A DNA stretch of 64,000 nt from Bdellovibrionales bacterium. Its GTDB lineage: Bacteria; Bdellovibrionota; Bdellovibrionia; Bdellovibrionales; UBA1609. Below the pieces are notes generated by a model, which saw only the letters and a program-made list of their open reading frames with translations, was not told the origin of the DNA and did no database searches. Location: contig OZ241840.1 in assembly GCA_965202645.1 (NCBI GenBank), forward strand, positions 411,556 to 475,555. Reading direction: 5' to 3'. Positions 1 to 11,600 of the stretch are shown here, in pieces. A program made the position numbers and the translations under genes. Numbering within the stretch: the stretch's first letter is position 1; the number at the start of each line of letters is the position of its first letter.

Positions 1-1515
1 GCCAAGGTCTTTAAGATATTTAAAAAATCGCCATGACAAATCAATCTTATAAAAATTTTTAACATACCCATAAAAGGGATGGCTTATGGTTTTATCATAA
101 GGAAAAACCGCGTAAATTCTTTTTTCCGCGCGTCTGATTTGAGAGCCATATTCAGACTCTAAAAAGACAGCGAGGGATTTTGCCTCTAAAATTTTTTTAG
201 ATCTATTATTGGACGCTATCGTTTGGTCTTTTAACAAACCTAATTTGTAAGGCAGAGAGAAAAGCGCCATATTGCGAGGTAAAAAAGTGGACTCTTTCGC
301 GCCGGGATATATCATATTTGAAATAATAAAGAAGGCTCCCGCTCCCAGAAAAAGCCGGGCTGAGGGAGCGGTTTTTATTATGATATAAACGCTAAAGGGG
401 ATAAACAAAACAAAGAGAGGAAAGAAATTTCTCATCATAAAATTCGGGTAGTTAATAAAAAAAGCAAAAAACAAAGCGGATGTTGATAGCGGGGCAAAAA
501 ATGGAGAGCTTAGGCCCGCTGGGATATATTTTAGCGTGGGCATTAAGGCGGTTTTTAGATGGAACAGCGAAGCGCCTCTTTTGTGGGAGGATTTTTTTAA
601 GCTGAGCCTGTATAATTTAAAAAGCGCTTTTGCTATCCAGATGAGTCCTGAAAGCGCCACAAGATAGAGCAGGATAGGATATTGATGAAAGAGCTGTTTG
701 GAAAAAAAAGGGAGTCTCTCTAAGGCTATGGAAAAATCAAAAAACACAGGATCAGGATTATGTGGCAGTCCCTCATACATATAAGGATGGGCGATCCAGC
801 TGTTTGTTCTGATAAAAAATATAAGGAAGTGAGAGAAAAACAGCAAAAGGGAGGGAGTTATAACAAAGAGGCTTTTTCTATAAGCGGGAATAAAAATCCC
901 CTGAATGATGAGAGGCAGAAAAAACGCCAAAGCGGATTCTCTTATTATAGCCAGCCCCAGGGAGAAGAGGAGCAGGGTTTTATATTTTTTAGCTGTCCAA
1001 GCGTAAATGACTCCAAAGCCAAAGGCCATTAAGGGAATATCAGCCAGAACTAAAGTGGAGTTCAGCCAAAACAAAGGCATTGACAGGGCCAGAAGGGTTG
1101 AAAAAAAGGCGGTGAGCTTATCTTGAAACAAAATTTTTGTCATTTGATAGAGGGCAAATAAGCAGAGCAGGGAATATCCCAGAGCGACAGTTTTAGCCAC
1201 AGCCACATTTTTAGCGAATAAATGGAAAGCTGACCATAGAGTCAGAGGATGCAGCATGGGGTGGCCCATAAAATGCTCCGGTCTGTAATTCCACGGCAAA
1301 AAAAAGCTCCAATGGGCCTCATTCAGAAATGAGGGATGAAGATACGAAAATTCATCCCACCAGGGAAGAATGTATAGATTTTCAGTTTGGGCCACACAAA
1401 AAATAAAAACAGCGCCCATCAGACAGATGCTGTAAATTTCTGCTGGCGCCTTAAGCGCTTGAATTTTAAAATAGCCCAGTTTAATATGCCTTAAGGCTTT
1501 TTGGCTCGGTTTCAT
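1..1515 (-). CDS. ArnT/PMT-like (GT-C fold) membrane glycosyltransferase, runs off the window start
   Basis: Not in the ORF track because it appears to have no stop in the window; only its two ends were checked by hand. Translation from ATG 1515 gives MKPSQKALRHIK...LPWWDEFSYLHP...FMGHPMLHPLTLW followed by multiple hydrophobic segments. The DE and HP motifs are typical of GT-C enzymes. Confidence 0.7.
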   Translation of the reverse strand, partial: MKPSQKALRHIKLGYFKIQALKAPAEIYSICLMGAVFIFCVAQTENLYILPWWDEFSYLHPSFLNEAHWSFFLPWNYRPEHFMGHPMLHPLTLWSAFHLFAKNVAVAKTVALGYSLLCLFALYQMTKILFQDKLTAFFSTLLALSMPLFWLNSTLVLADIPLMAFGFGVIYAWTAKKYKTLLLFSLGLAIIRESALAFFLPLIIQGIFIPAYRKSLFVITPSLLLFFSHFLIFFIRTNSWIAHPYMYEGLPHNPDPVFFDFSIALERLPFFSKQLFHQYPILLYLVALSGLIWIAKALFKLYRLSLKKSSHKRGASLFHLKTALMPTLKYIPAGLSSPFFAPLSTSALFFAFFINYPNFMMRNFFPLFVLFIPFSVYIIIKTAPSARLFLGAGAFFIISNMIYPGAKESTFLPRNMALFSLPYKLGLLKDQTIASNNRSKKILEAKSLAVFLESEYGSQIRRAEKRIYAVFPYDKTISHPFYGYVKNFYKIDLSWRFFKYLKDLG

Positions 1516-1533
1516 TCACAGTGGAGCGCGCCC

Positions 1534-2610
1534 CTAAAGTTGGACAGCTTGAGTCACAAATAAATATTCTTTGTGATTATTGAAGTTTGTATTTCCCGTG
1601 TTGAAATAACGATAATTTTTTTCAAAAATTTTTGTTTGCCCTTTTTCGGATAAAATATTTTTTATTTCCTCAAGAGTGATTTTGTTTTGTGATGAATGGC
1701 TTTTTGAGTTATAGGTGTTGTTATAGGAAACCGCTATATATTTCGCGTTTATATCTTTGATCAGCTCCGCAAATCGGCTTTTTGCGCTCTCTCTGCAATA
1801 GTCGCTCATATTTTCCCGCGGAGGCTTTAGCGCCTCTCCATAGAGATTGGGGCTGTCCCATTTAACCAGTGTCTCCAGGATATGATAAAATCTGCTGTAT
1901 TGTCTGGAATTATAAGGAGGGTCAATATACACAACATCCACCTTGATTTTTTTAACCAGATGGCTCGCGTCCTCTTGGAAAATGGAAAGGGATTTTATGG
2001 GAGTGGGATATATCATCCTCATGTGAAAATTGTCTCTGAGAAGCCGGTTTTTAAAATAAGCGTCATAATGTCCAACTGTGTTGGCGATTTTATCCGCTGA
2101 ATACAGCAATGAGGCAATCAAAATAGAATATTCTTTTTGTGTGAGGCGGGGCTTGATCTCCTCGATATTTTGCCTAATAAATCCAATAACTTTAGCTGAA
2201 TTGTTTGAAAAATACTTCCCTCCAAAATGTTTTGAAAAATAATTTTCACTTAGCCTGCCCGCCGGGATGAGATTATAACTGCTGATAAGGGCGCGTATCT
2301 TTTTTTCGCTCCACGTCCCTTTTGCAAAAAAAGCTTTGTAGATAATATGATTGGAGTGAAGAAAATCGTTTAAAATAATTTTAGTAAAATGTCTGCTGGC
2401 TGTGGCTCCGACAACTCCGGTTCCGGCAAAGATATCAGCAAAGGAATAGCCATAGCGCTCTTTATTGAGAATGGAAAAAATCCAATTTGTGAGTTTATAT
2501 TTGTTGCCGATATATCTGCGGTTATGCAATTCAAAGCCGCTCTCCCTAGGCGGGGCTTGAAACCGGGGCTCCGGGCCAGCGGGAAAAAAACTTCTTTGAA
2601 TTTCCATCAT
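1534..2610 (-). CDS. DNA adenine methyltransferase (D12/FokI-like class), orphan
   Basis: RYIGNK, DIFAGTG (motif I) and YIDPPY (motif IV). Confidence 0.9.
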   Translation of the reverse strand: MMEIQRSFFPAGPEPRFQAPPRESGFELHNRRYIGNKYKLTNWIFSILNKERYGYSFADIFAGTGVVGATASRHFTKIILNDFLHSNHIIYKAFFAKGTWSEKKIRALISSYNLIPAGRLSENYFSKHFGGKYFSNNSAKVIGFIRQNIEEIKPRLTQKEYSILIASLLYSADKIANTVGHYDAYFKNRLLRDNFHMRMIYPTPIKSLSIFQEDASHLVKKIKVDVVYIDPPYNSRQYSRFYHILETLVKWDSPNLYGEALKPPRENMSDYCRESAKSRFAELIKDINAKYIAVSYNNTYNSKSHSSQNKITLEEIKNILSEKGQTKIFEKNYRYFNTGNTNFNNHKEYLFVTQAVQL

Positions 2611-3389
2611 ATTAATCCCTGTCTCATAATTTTAAAGCTCAGATGTCTTTAGTTGGAAAGTTTCTGTCCATAAACTGGATAACAGGGCTAGAAACAGTGG
2701 AGGCTCGCCCCTTCCTTTTAAAGTGTGTTTTAGAGCATAATAGGAGCTTTTAAAAAACATGAAAATTCAAGTCAAAATCAGCACAAAAAGAAGACAGGCG
2801 ATAAACCGCCATGTGTTTTGCTTAAGGGACTCTTATTGAGTTTTGCCCCTGTCTCCTCTTGTTTATAAAGCTGAATGGCTGGTTTGATCTTGTCAATAAT
2901 TTTTAGCTCAAAGAATCAAAATTCCTGATCTAAAGGGCGGATCTCTGACATAATGTGTCGGCAGGAGGCTAAAGCAGTGAAAAGGAGGTCATCCTAACCG
3001 GTTTTTCGCGTGAGACGATGGGCTATTTCCCTTGATGAAAAAGCTGATATACAGGAGGCTTTTCAGTTTGTTAATCAATATTTTAAGTTTTACTTATCTG
3101 TCAGATCAAATCTGAAGGTTGACTGCTTTCTTTATTGTCTCTTTCGGGGATGGTGAAAACCCTCGCCTTCAGGCGAAGTTAATTTTATGATATATTGTGA
3201 GGATTTGTGATATATTGTTGAGAGGCGTCTTATAGGGCGGTTTCACACAGTAAGAGAGGTTTGAAGGCTCATATTTGTATGGGATCCAAAATATGGAAGG
3301 AGTATTCTTGTGGGAGAGGCGGCAGTTAGGGCGAGGGATTTGTGAAGAGCTTGAATCTTTTTTTTTGATAAATAGAATAGATCCAGCCG

Positions 3390-3493
3390 ATAAAAAAGGC
3401 GGAATGCCCATGAGGCTGTTTATTCAAGGTTTATAATGGCGACTATACATGTAGGCAATAAAAAAGGCGGAATGCCCATGAGGCTGTTTATTC
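3390..3493 (+). repeat. 36-bp direct repeat duplicating the start region of the Sel1 gene
   Basis: ATAAAAAAGGCGGAATGCCCATGAGGCTGTTTATTC at 3390-3425 and 3458-3493. Confidence 0.85.
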
Positions 3494-4527
3494 TTTTAGC
3501 GCTTTTTGGATTTTGCCCTAATTTTGAGGCTGTTTCTGACAGCCAGCCCTCTAAAGCTCAATCGGCGGAGAGTTTAGATTTCATTAAGAGCAAAGCGCAA
3601 GGCGGAGACCCAAAGGCTCAAGCTCAGTTAGCTGACATTTATTTAAAGGGCCAGGGAGTTCGGCAGAGCTATAAGCTGGCTTTTAAATGGTTTAAAAAAG
3701 CGGCTGAAAAGGGGGTTTTAGAGGCTCAATATAGTTTAGGCTGGCTTTATATGGATGGTCTGGGAGTGGAAAAGAGCGCGGCAAAGGCTTTAAAGTGGCT
3801 GAAAAAAGCGGCTCTGCAAGGGCATTTGTTCGCTCAATTTCAGTTAGGCAATCTTTATTCTCTGGGCTGGGGTGTGAAACAAAACCATAATGAGGCTTTA
3901 AAGTGGTTTAAGCTAGCTGGAGAGCAGGGGCATAAAACGGCTCAATATTATTTAGGCGCCATGTATAAAAAGGGCCAGGGAGTTCGGCAGAGCTATAAGC
4001 TGGCTTTAAAGTGGCTGAAGTTAGCTGGGGAGCAGGGGCATGCGGACGCTCAAACTCAGCTGGCTGACATATATTTAAAAGCAGGAGGGGGAAAGCAAAA
4101 CATCGTGAAGGCTTTAAAGTGGCTGAACAAAGCGGCTCTGCAAGGGCATGCGGACGCTCAATACAATTTAGGTCATCTTTATTTAAAAGGCCAGGGAGTT
4201 CAGCAAAGCTATAAGGCTGGCTCTATATGGCTGAACAAAGCGGCTTTGCAGGGGCATGTGGACGCTCAATACAATTTAGGCCGTCTTTACTTAAAGGGTT
4301 TGGGATCCCGGCAGAGCTTTAAGTCGGCTTTTAAATGGCTGAAGTTAGCTGGGGAGCAAGGGCATGTGGACGCTCAATTCCAGTTAGGCCGTCTTTACTT
4401 AAAGGGCCAGGGAGCTCAGCAAAGCTTTGAATCGGCTTTTAAATGGCTGAAGTTAGCGGCGGAGCAAGGGCATAAGAAGGCGGAGCAAGTTATTTCCAAA
4501 AACCTTAAGCAGTTTAAAACCCCTTAA
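3436..4527 (+). CDS. Secreted Sel1-like repeat protein (true start probably 3472 or 3478)
   Basis: Signal peptide MRLFILLALFGF, then about 8 repeats of 36 aa: AQxxLGxLYxxGxGVxQxxxxAxKWxxxAAxQG. Confidence 0.93.
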   Translation: MATIHVGNKKGGMPMRLFILLALFGFCPNFEAVSDSQPSKAQSAESLDFIKSKAQGGDPKAQAQLADIYLKGQGVRQSYKLAFKWFKKAAEKGVLEAQYSLGWLYMDGLGVEKSAAKALKWLKKAALQGHLFAQFQLGNLYSLGWGVKQNHNEALKWFKLAGEQGHKTAQYYLGAMYKKGQGVRQSYKLALKWLKLAGEQGHADAQTQLADIYLKAGGGKQNIVKALKWLNKAALQGHADAQYNLGHLYLKGQGVQQSYKAGSIWLNKAALQGHVDAQYNLGRLYLKGLGSRQSFKSAFKWLKLAGEQGHVDAQFQLGRLYLKGQGAQQSFESAFKWLKLAAEQGHKKAEQVISKNLKQFKTP

Positions 4528-4639
4528 AAGCTTTTTTTCTTAATAGGCCCATTTTAAGCGGCAAACTTTGTTTTTCACAAATTCCAGCAAGCGCTCTTTG
4601 GGACGGACAGCTTAGCCAAAACCGCGTTAGCTGTATTTT

Positions 4640-5623
4640 TTACTTCTTCTTAGATAACACCGGGGGAAGAGCCAAAAACCGCTCCCCATCAAAATGAATG
4701 ATATGGCCCGGATTATCCGCTGTCCAAACTTCTGTTTCCCATGCTATATCAGTTATATGCCGGCGAAATTCCGCCATTGTTAAAAAAGCGGAGATATATA
4801 TTTTGTTGGCCGGGCAAGATTGGAATATGTTTTCCAACTCAATATGGCGCTTAGCCGATATAGGGCCGTGGCTTGTGACAGCCTCAATAAAGAACACCCA
4901 TTTTCTTTTTTTGTCATATATAATCAAATCCGGAAGCTTTTTATGTGACTTAAGGGAAATGCCAAGCTTTTTTAACTCTTTGTGTTCCCATATCATAAAT
5001 TTTCCGCCTTCGTTTCGGCTCTTGGCTGTGTCTCCCATATAAAGTATGGCTCCTGATTTGCCAATAAAACGAGAGCAAAACTCATCAATAATGATTCTTT
5101 GCAGTTTGTTATGCCTCCCTGGCGAAAGTTTTATTTTTTTGCCGGATGGCAGTTTTACCGGAACTTTCTCTCTATCCAGAGTTTTTTCATATAGCTTTTT
5201 AAGCCGCGGCAAATCCTTTTTATGCTTTTTGAGCATACCTCTCCAATTTCCCAAAGGGTATATTTTCAAGGCTGACAGAACTGGCGGAGTCAAAGAGTAA
5301 TTGTTATATCTGCTGTTAGTCGGCCGGGAAGGATCATCGCGGTTTCTGTCAATCACTCTGGCTTGCTCAAACTGATGCAGTGTCTGCCGCCGGATAGCCT
5401 CTCTGGTATTTGGCTTGTAATCTTGGCCATAGTATTTTCGGATAAAACTCATAATATCCACAGTTGGAAGCAAGGGGTTTTTTGCGTTTTTCCACTTGTC
5501 TTTTGGGCGGATATTCGCCAGCGCCAAGAGCGCCCAAGCTGATCGGCTGTTGCATTGTTGTTTGGGCAGGCCCAAGGCTTTCAAAAAAATTTTCGCTTGG
5601 GTTAATTTTTTCTCTTTGCTCAT
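4640..5623 (-). CDS. BsuBI/PstI-family type II restriction endonuclease
   Basis: [26 protein letters not shown] and KLPD...IEAVTSHGP are characteristic of the family. Overlaps the adjacent MTase by 4 bp. Confidence 0.9.
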   Translation of the reverse strand: MSKEKKLTQAKIFLKALGLPKQQCNSRSAWALLALANIRPKDKWKNAKNPLLPTVDIMSFIRKYYGQDYKPNTREAIRRQTLHQFEQARVIDRNRDDPSRPTNSRYNNYSLTPPVLSALKIYPLGNWRGMLKKHKKDLPRLKKLYEKTLDREKVPVKLPSGKKIKLSPGRHNKLQRIIIDEFCSRFIGKSGAILYMGDTAKSRNEGGKFMIWEHKELKKLGISLKSHKKLPDLIIYDKKRKWVFFIEAVTSHGPISAKRHIELENIFQSCPANKIYISAFLTMAEFRRHITDIAWETEVWTADNPGHIIHFDGERFLALPPVLSKKK

Positions 5624-7107
5624 AAAGCTGTTTTCTCCAAATAAAAATTTACAATATTATCAACATTCTTTTGGTTTATTAAAATATTTTCAGAAAAAGA
5701 TTTCCCTATTTGACAAATAGTTTTTCGGGAAGGCATTTTCATCAATTTGATTTCTGTCGCGTTCACTTGTGTATTGCCGGACAAACATCGAAAGTATTTG
5801 TCCATAAGCGTTGAATTAAAAAGCGCCGCCAGCCCATAAGCTTCAGCTATCTCCAACGGGCCATCACCGCTCCCTATATAATTGACATGATTTTCCATTG
5901 CAATCCAATGGCTTTTGATTGTGTCCGGATTATGGACAGAGGCAACCAGCCGCCGCCTCTCATCTTTGGAGCTAAACCGCCTCAACATCACATATACCTG
6001 ATTTTTTAAAGTGTATTTTTCATGCCCTTCAAAAAATTTGAAACAAACATCTTTCCTGTCATGTCCTGTCCAATGGCTTTTAAAGGGCTGTATATTGTGC
6101 ATTTTCAATAAAGGGATGGCTTTATTTATTTTAGCGTTTTTGTTTAATCGTGTTATATGCTCTCTCATGCGATACTCAACAACAGGGCCAGTGGATATAA
6201 AGTAATTGTTTTTTTGAAAATCAGACGGCCAATGCTCAACAATTCGCAGCGCCCCAGCATCTTCCGGTGTTTCAGGAATGCGGATTATTTTATGGCCGGT
6301 CAAAGCGTCTATAATTCGCTCCGCCGGATAATCAGCTGTGTTGGCCTTTTTCAAATCAGCATATCCTATTGAAGAGGAGATTTTAATATAAGGCTTTTGC
6401 CTTTGCTTTGTCCAATAACAGATGATATTTTCCTGCAGAACAGCTGATTTCTTAAACACTTTGTCTCTTTTTTGAAAAATATGAATTTGATCCAAACTCA
6501 TATTTCGCCTCATATATCGGCGAAAATCTTTAAAATAAAGCCCGCTTGTGAAACTTCGCGGAACAATAGCCGCCATTTGCCCATTGGGATTTAAGCATTC
6601 CGCTGTTATAGCCATAAATGAGGCATAAATATTTGGATTTCCTTTGTATAAATCCTGTGTCGCTCCGGCATAAGGAGATGTTTTGGAGTTATATTTGAAG
6701 TAGGGCGGGTTAATAGATGATATATCAAATCGCTCTTTTGATCTGTCTGGACGGGAAAGAACAAAATCCTCATTATAAATTTTAAAAGTGAATTTTCCCC
6801 CCTGATTTTTGAATATTTGAGAGATATGGCGCATGTTTGCCTCAAGCTGAGGAAGAATGCTTTTATCAATCTCATATAAAACAGCATGGATCCGGCGGTG
6901 TCCTATTTTCAGACAGCGCAGGGAGGCGGAAAAAGCCAAAACACCAGTCCCCGCCCCCGCATCCATAATGCGAACAACAGGCGCATTGACCGGCTGGATC
7001 ATTTCAGCCATGTAATCGGCTGTTTCCAAACCGGTAAAATATTGCCCCAATTCTTTTTTTGCGGCATTTGATTTAGAATATTCAGATCTTATTTCTGCCT
7101 CTATCAT
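5620..7107 (-). CDS. BsuBI/PstI-type N6-adenine methyltransferase (Eco57I-like domain)
   Basis: GQYFT, DAGAGTG, NPPY, STGPVV and GNTQVNATE motifs. Confidence 0.9.
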   Translation of the reverse strand: MIEAEIRSEYSKSNAAKKELGQYFTGLETADYMAEMIQPVNAPVVRIMDAGAGTGVLAFSASLRCLKIGHRRIHAVLYEIDKSILPQLEANMRHISQIFKNQGGKFTFKIYNEDFVLSRPDRSKERFDISSINPPYFKYNSKTSPYAGATQDLYKGNPNIYASFMAITAECLNPNGQMAAIVPRSFTSGLYFKDFRRYMRRNMSLDQIHIFQKRDKVFKKSAVLQENIICYWTKQRQKPYIKISSSIGYADLKKANTADYPAERIIDALTGHKIIRIPETPEDAGALRIVEHWPSDFQKNNYFISTGPVVEYRMREHITRLNKNAKINKAIPLLKMHNIQPFKSHWTGHDRKDVCFKFFEGHEKYTLKNQVYVMLRRFSSKDERRRLVASVHNPDTIKSHWIAMENHVNYIGSGDGPLEIAEAYGLAALFNSTLMDKYFRCLSGNTQVNATEIKLMKMPSRKTICQIGKSFSENILINQKNVDNIVNFYLEKTAL

Positions 7108-7692
7108 GCCTCTTGGATCATCTCTAAAAAATGGACATTTGTAAAGATATGTTTTTTATACTCCTCAGGGCTTTTATTGTCAAGAATGTATCCGCCTTAT
7201 GCCAATGTTTGAGGGCCATTCTACTATTCACAGAGCTGTTTTGTTTTTCCGGTGCCTCTTTCTTGTCAAAATCATTGTAGGTTTCAACCGGAGAAGGCTT
7301 CCGATTGAGCAAAATTGCCCTGAAATCGGTAAAAAGCTCGCAATAGTAGCGGTATTCATCAGGCAATAGAGGAATCAGTCGGCCTGAATGACTGAATCTA
7401 TCTCCATAACAGCCAAAGAGGATAACCTGAAGAGATCCGATCGGAGAAGATTAGATTTGTTTTTGCCCATACAGCGGCCTTTTCAATGGTTCATGGGTCT
7501 AATACAACAAAAGAGAGGGCCGGAATGGCTAATTTTATTCGGGGAAACAAGGAGTTTCCCGTTCATGGGGTAGCTACAGCTTTGGAAATTGATATTTGTC
7601 TGCTTACTCCAAAAACATTTTTCTTAAAAAAAATTAAATAACGCCTTGTTTTTTCAGAAAATGACCCCTAATTATATGGATTATGAGTTTCC

Positions 7693-8529
7693 ATGAGAAA
7701 AACAAAAAGGAAGGTGTTAAGAATGGAACATGAATCTGTTGAAATACAAAAACAAAAAGAAGACTCTGATAATATGGTCTCTAAAATAAAAGAATATTCT
7801 GATCAATCTGAATCTCTTGTTGCGCAAATGCAAGAAAAACAAAAAAGATCTGAAAGCCTGTTTTCTAATACGCAAAAATCCTGTGATCAATCTCAAGCAC
7901 TTGTGTCAGAAATACAGAAACAAAAAGAAGACTCTGATAATATAGCGTCTCAGATTCAAGAGAATCATAATAGCAGTTTAGAGATTATCAATAAACAAAA
8001 GAAAAACATGGAAGATCTTGTCAAAAGAATAGAGAATCTGTTGCCTGGCGCAACATCTGCTGGATTGGCTTCAAGCTATTATGATGCTTGGAGAGAAAAA
8101 AATACTATATTGCATTGGATGGGGTTTATTTTTTCTCTGCTCTTTTTGACAAGCGTGTATTTTTATTATTTAATTCTTCAATCACAGGAAATCAGTCTGG
8201 CAACTATACTTACTCGTTTGATTGCGGGAGTGCCTTTAATATGGATTGCTTGGTATTGTCAAAAATCCATATCTCAAACAAATCGAATAAAAGAAGAATA
8301 CCGCCATAAAGAAAAGAGCTTGAGGGTTTTCGATGGGTTTTCAAATAAAATCAATGAATTGACTAAAGAGGATCCTTCAAAAAATAAAGAAAAAAAGCTG
8401 GAGTTTATATCTGACACTATGAACGCTATTAAAAAAAATCCCTCTGAAATACTGGATCCTTCTGAAACTTTTTTAAATATTCCAAGAAGAAAAAATGAAA
8501 ATCAGAGAAAAAATAATTCAGAAGAATAA
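7693..8529 (+). CDS. Coiled-coil protein with two transmembrane helices, function unknown
   Basis: Q/E/K-rich N-terminus with internal duplication (EIQKQKEDSDN twice), GATSAGLA, two hydrophobic segments. AT-rich gene between RM systems. Confidence 0.7.
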   Translation: MRKTKRKVLRMEHESVEIQKQKEDSDNMVSKIKEYSDQSESLVAQMQEKQKRSESLFSNTQKSCDQSQALVSEIQKQKEDSDNIASQIQENHNSSLEIINKQKKNMEDLVKRIENLLPGATSAGLASSYYDAWREKNTILHWMGFIFSLLFLTSVYFYYLILQSQEISLATILTRLIAGVPLIWIAWYCQKSISQTNRIKEEYRHKEKSLRVFDGFSNKINELTKEDPSKNKEKKLEFISDTMNAIKKNPSEILDPSETFLNIPRRKNENQRKNNSEE

Positions 8530-8570
8530 GAATGAGCCATTAAAAACGAGCATTTTTAACATCAAGGATA

Positions 8571-11500
8571 CTATGCAACCCGCCTGCTCTTTCTGTTTAG
8601 AAGCTCATGGACTGACTGATTCAGATTTTTCCAAGTCTGTTCTTTTTTGATTTTTTCTCTTATTTTTTGGCGAATTTTTATAAAATTGTAATCTGTATCC
8701 AGCTTTGCATTGCCGGCGATCTCTTTTATCTCTCGTGCGAAATCCACAATTTCCCGATGCAAAGAATCTTTAGGATTGTATTTTGGAAAATATGGCTTTA
8801 ACAAATGTCTGTGAATATGTCTTGCTCCCCACTGTCCTTGAGCCTGCACTCCCTGAATTCTTTCTATAAGAGAAGCGCTGTTCAAAATTCCCTCAAGATA
8901 CAGACCCTCCTCTTTTGTGTTGACTGTTGTATAATATAAAGAGGTGTCAATTATCTCATCTTTATCTTCCAACAAAACTGCCGCAGGATAAGTCCCTGAT
9001 GCCGCATAAACGACTCTTAGTTTTGAAACAGGGAATTGCTTTACAAGTAATTTTTGATAATTTATTCGTTCCTTAAAGGCCATTTTTCCACTGCTGTTCT
9101 CATTCCACAATTTTTCTGCTTTTTCCAAATAGGCGCTTAAATCAGTCCAACCTCCAAGCGCAGCCTCCTTCGCGCTCATAACCCCTGCTTTATTGTTCCA
9201 AGGAATCACAGCGAGGTTTGTCTTTAAAACTCTAAAAGGAGCGATGGACTGTCCAGTGTATATCGGCCTTAAGAATTGAGATTCTATTTTTCCTTCAGGA
9301 GGATCAATTTCTTTCCAAGGAAGCTTGTCTTGATTAGAGGCAAGCCCTTTGACAAGAGGGGTTTTTGAAGAACCACCTAACCGCCCTTTGTGGATCGTCT
9401 CAACAAAGATAAATCTCCTTGGGACCAAAGAGGCTCCCTGTTTGAACTTGTCATAATAATAAGATGGCTCATTGGCTTGATTGAAAGCGGGCCATTCCTC
9501 TTCCTCTTGAGACAGAACTTTAAGCGCCGGAGCTAAACTAGCGTTTTTTTTCGGTAAAACTCCTTTGAAACGCAAAATTTTTGGAAGCGGCTGTTGTTCT
9601 GGATTTTCTTTTCTGACAGAGAATAAAACACAGGAAGGGACTTTAAAAAGATTTTTCACCTCTGAATCAAACACCCATGCGCTCTTAAATTTAATGTATA
9701 TGGAGTGCCCACTGCTCTTTTCAAAAGCTCCTTTTCTAAAAAAAGAATGATGCTCCCCATTCATAACACCGTAGGGCATTACAAAGGCCAGTTTCCCTTT
9801 CTTCCTCATATACAAATCAACAGACTGAATAAAAAAATAGGTGGAAATATCCTGGCTTGTTCTGAACTTGGCCTCTGTTTTTTTCTCCCACAGATGAAGG
9901 GAAAAACACTCTTTCTTTAAGGTTTTCTGCATTTTCTGATTCATGCTATTAAATCTCAGCCAAGGAGGATTTCCAAGGACAATATCCGCTTTTTGTCTTT
10001 CAGAGGAAAGCCATATCGGGCGAGCCAGATTGCTTGCAACATAACCCCAAATATGGTTTCTATCCTCTTTTTGAAGCTTCAGCAATGTTTTGTAAGTCTT
10101 GAAAAGAATTTGAATTTGTTTAGTTTCTATGGACTGATTTTTAATCCAGGACTGAAAAATCTCCGGTTCTTTGCGCTTTTCAGCCAATTCGATCATTTTA
10201 TCTAGAGTTTCTTTAAACAAACTTCTATCTAAACAAACAGATTCAGGAAAAAACAACTGTCTTTTTGGCGCGCCCATTTGCTGGTCTTCGGGAACATTTA
10301 TTCTTAAATTTTTTCCACCAAGAACTTCATCTATGCTCCATTGAAGAGAATCCCCAAGATAAACCGGAATGCTCATATTGCCGGGGCGATCTTCTTTTAT
10401 GGTTTTCAGCATGGCCAGAAGATAAGTGATTCTGGAAAAAATAACTGCCACAGGATGAATATCAATGCCTACAATCTTATCACATATACGACTTATTGTT
10501 TTTTCTGGTGACAATTTCTTTTTTTCAGCTTCGGATATTAGAAGCCTTATGGCATGAAACAGGAAGGTTCCGGAGCCACAGGCCGGATCAATCACTTTGT
10601 TTTCAAGTGGATTTTTTATGACTTTTTTGCAGATTTTTTCTGCCAGCCAATCCGGGGTGTAATACTCCCCCATTTTGTGCCTTTGCTCCTGCCGGATAAG
10701 CCCCTCATACAAATCCTTTAAAATATCCGCCTGAACAGCGGAAAAATCAAACCGGCGGACATGAGAGGCGATTTGTCTTATCAAATCATTTCCTGCCCCG
10801 CAAAAAGCTATCCAGCTGAAAAAATCGTCCCCAACAACGCCTTTTATACTGAAATCCTGAAACCGCTTTCCGTTTAAGAGATATTTTCCCAAAGGCGGCT
10901 GATCGGAAGGAAAAAAAGCGGCATGAGCTATCGCTTTAGAAACAATCGTCAAATAGGTGTGTTCAATAAACAGAGATTCATCCGTTCCCTCTGTTCCATA
11001 GACAATATCAACGGACTTTTTCCACAAATCATATTTCAATTTTATATCTGGCTTGTGCTTGGCTTGCCCCCACAGGATTTTAATTCGTATAAGCGCATTT
11101 CTGCAAAGAGGGCTACCCTGACCTATCTCTCTGCAAATAATTTCCGGCTTTGGCACAAGTTGTTTTTTGATAAGAATAACGCTTTCCAGCCATTGAATAA
11201 AGTCAGAGGCTTTATCTTTATTCAAGACAAACTCATTTATTTTTTTTAGCTCATTGTTAAGAAGAAAATATGCCTTGTATTTGTGTCCATCAGTGGCAAT
11301 CCCGACATATTTTTCTCCTGTTGTTCTGGATTCCTCCTCTTTGGATAGAATGTATCTTTTGATTTGAGATTCTGCATCAGACAATTCTCTGTTAAGATCT
11401 CTTTTTATCTCAAAAACAGTCCGGCCCCATAAAGCATCAATGCGCCCCCGACAAGTGAACAATCTCTCCTCAAAAGTAATTTCTTCATTTTTTGCGCCAA

Positions 11501-11600
11501 GCCGCTCTTTTAAAATATTTGAAAGAACATGCTTGACTTTTTCATGCCCGGGTTTTCCGGCAATATGTCTGATTTGTTCTTTAAGTTTTTGAGATGTCAT
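8571..11600 (-). CDS. Type IIG fused restriction-modification enzyme
   Basis: N-terminal RIDALWGRTVFEIK (PD-(D/E)XK), GEYYTP, DPACGSGTF, GNPPW and a C-terminal TRD-like region. Confidence 0.88.
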   Translation of the reverse strand: MTSQKLKEQIRHIAGKPGHEKVKHVLSNILKERLGAKNEEITFEERLFTCRGRIDALWGRTVFEIKRDLNRELSDAESQIKRYILSKEEESRTTGEKYVGIATDGHKYKAYFLLNNELKKINEFVLNKDKASDFIQWLESVILIKKQLVPKPEIICREIGQGSPLCRNALIRIKILWGQAKHKPDIKLKYDLWKKSVDIVYGTEGTDESLFIEHTYLTIVSKAIAHAAFFPSDQPPLGKYLLNGKRFQDFSIKGVVGDDFFSWIAFCGAGNDLIRQIASHVRRFDFSAVQADILKDLYEGLIRQEQRHKMGEYYTPDWLAEKICKKVIKNPLENKVIDPACGSGTFLFHAIRLLISEAEKKKLSPEKTISRICDKIVGIDIHPVAVIFSRITYLLAMLKTIKEDRPGNMSIPVYLGDSLQWSIDEVLGGKNLRINVPEDQQMGAPKRQLFFPESVCLDRSLFKETLDKMIELAEKRKEPEIFQSWIKNQSIETKQIQILFKTYKTLLKLQKEDRNHIWGYVASNLARPIWLSSERQKADIVLGNPPWLRFNSMNQKMQKTLKKECFSLHLWEKKTEAKFRTSQDISTYFFIQSVDLYMRKKGKLAFVMPYGVMNGEHHSFFRKGAFEKSSGHSIYIKFKSAWVFDSEVKNLFKVPSCVLFSVRKENPEQQPLPKILRFKGVLPKKNASLAPALKVLSQEEEEWPAFNQANEPSYYYDKFKQGASLVPRRFIFVETIHKGRLGGSSKTPLVKGLASNQDKLPWKEIDPPEGKIESQFLRPIYTGQSIAPFRVLKTNLAVIPWNNKAGVMSAKEAALGGWTDLSAYLEKAEKLWNENSSGKMAFKERINYQKLLVKQFPVSKLRVVYAASGTYPAAVLLEDKDEIIDTSLYYTTVNTKEEGLYLEGILNSASLIERIQGVQAQGQWGARHIHRHLLKPYFPKYNPKDSLHREIVDFAREIKEIAGNAKLDTDYNFIKIRQKIREKIKKEQTWKNLNQSVHELLNRKSRRVA

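Noticed and set aside
760-1032. 90-aa plus-strand ORF
   Set aside because: Shadow of the minus-strand glycosyltransferase at 1-1515.
3150-3182. AAACCCTCGCCTTCAGGCGAAG hairpin resembling an IS200/IS605 end
   Set aside because: No tnpA/tnpB remnant could be read next to it, and it is too short to support.
7124-7620. Small ORFs upstream of the MTase as a controller protein
   Set aside because: No HTH motif and frames are broken by stops, so probably decayed sequence.
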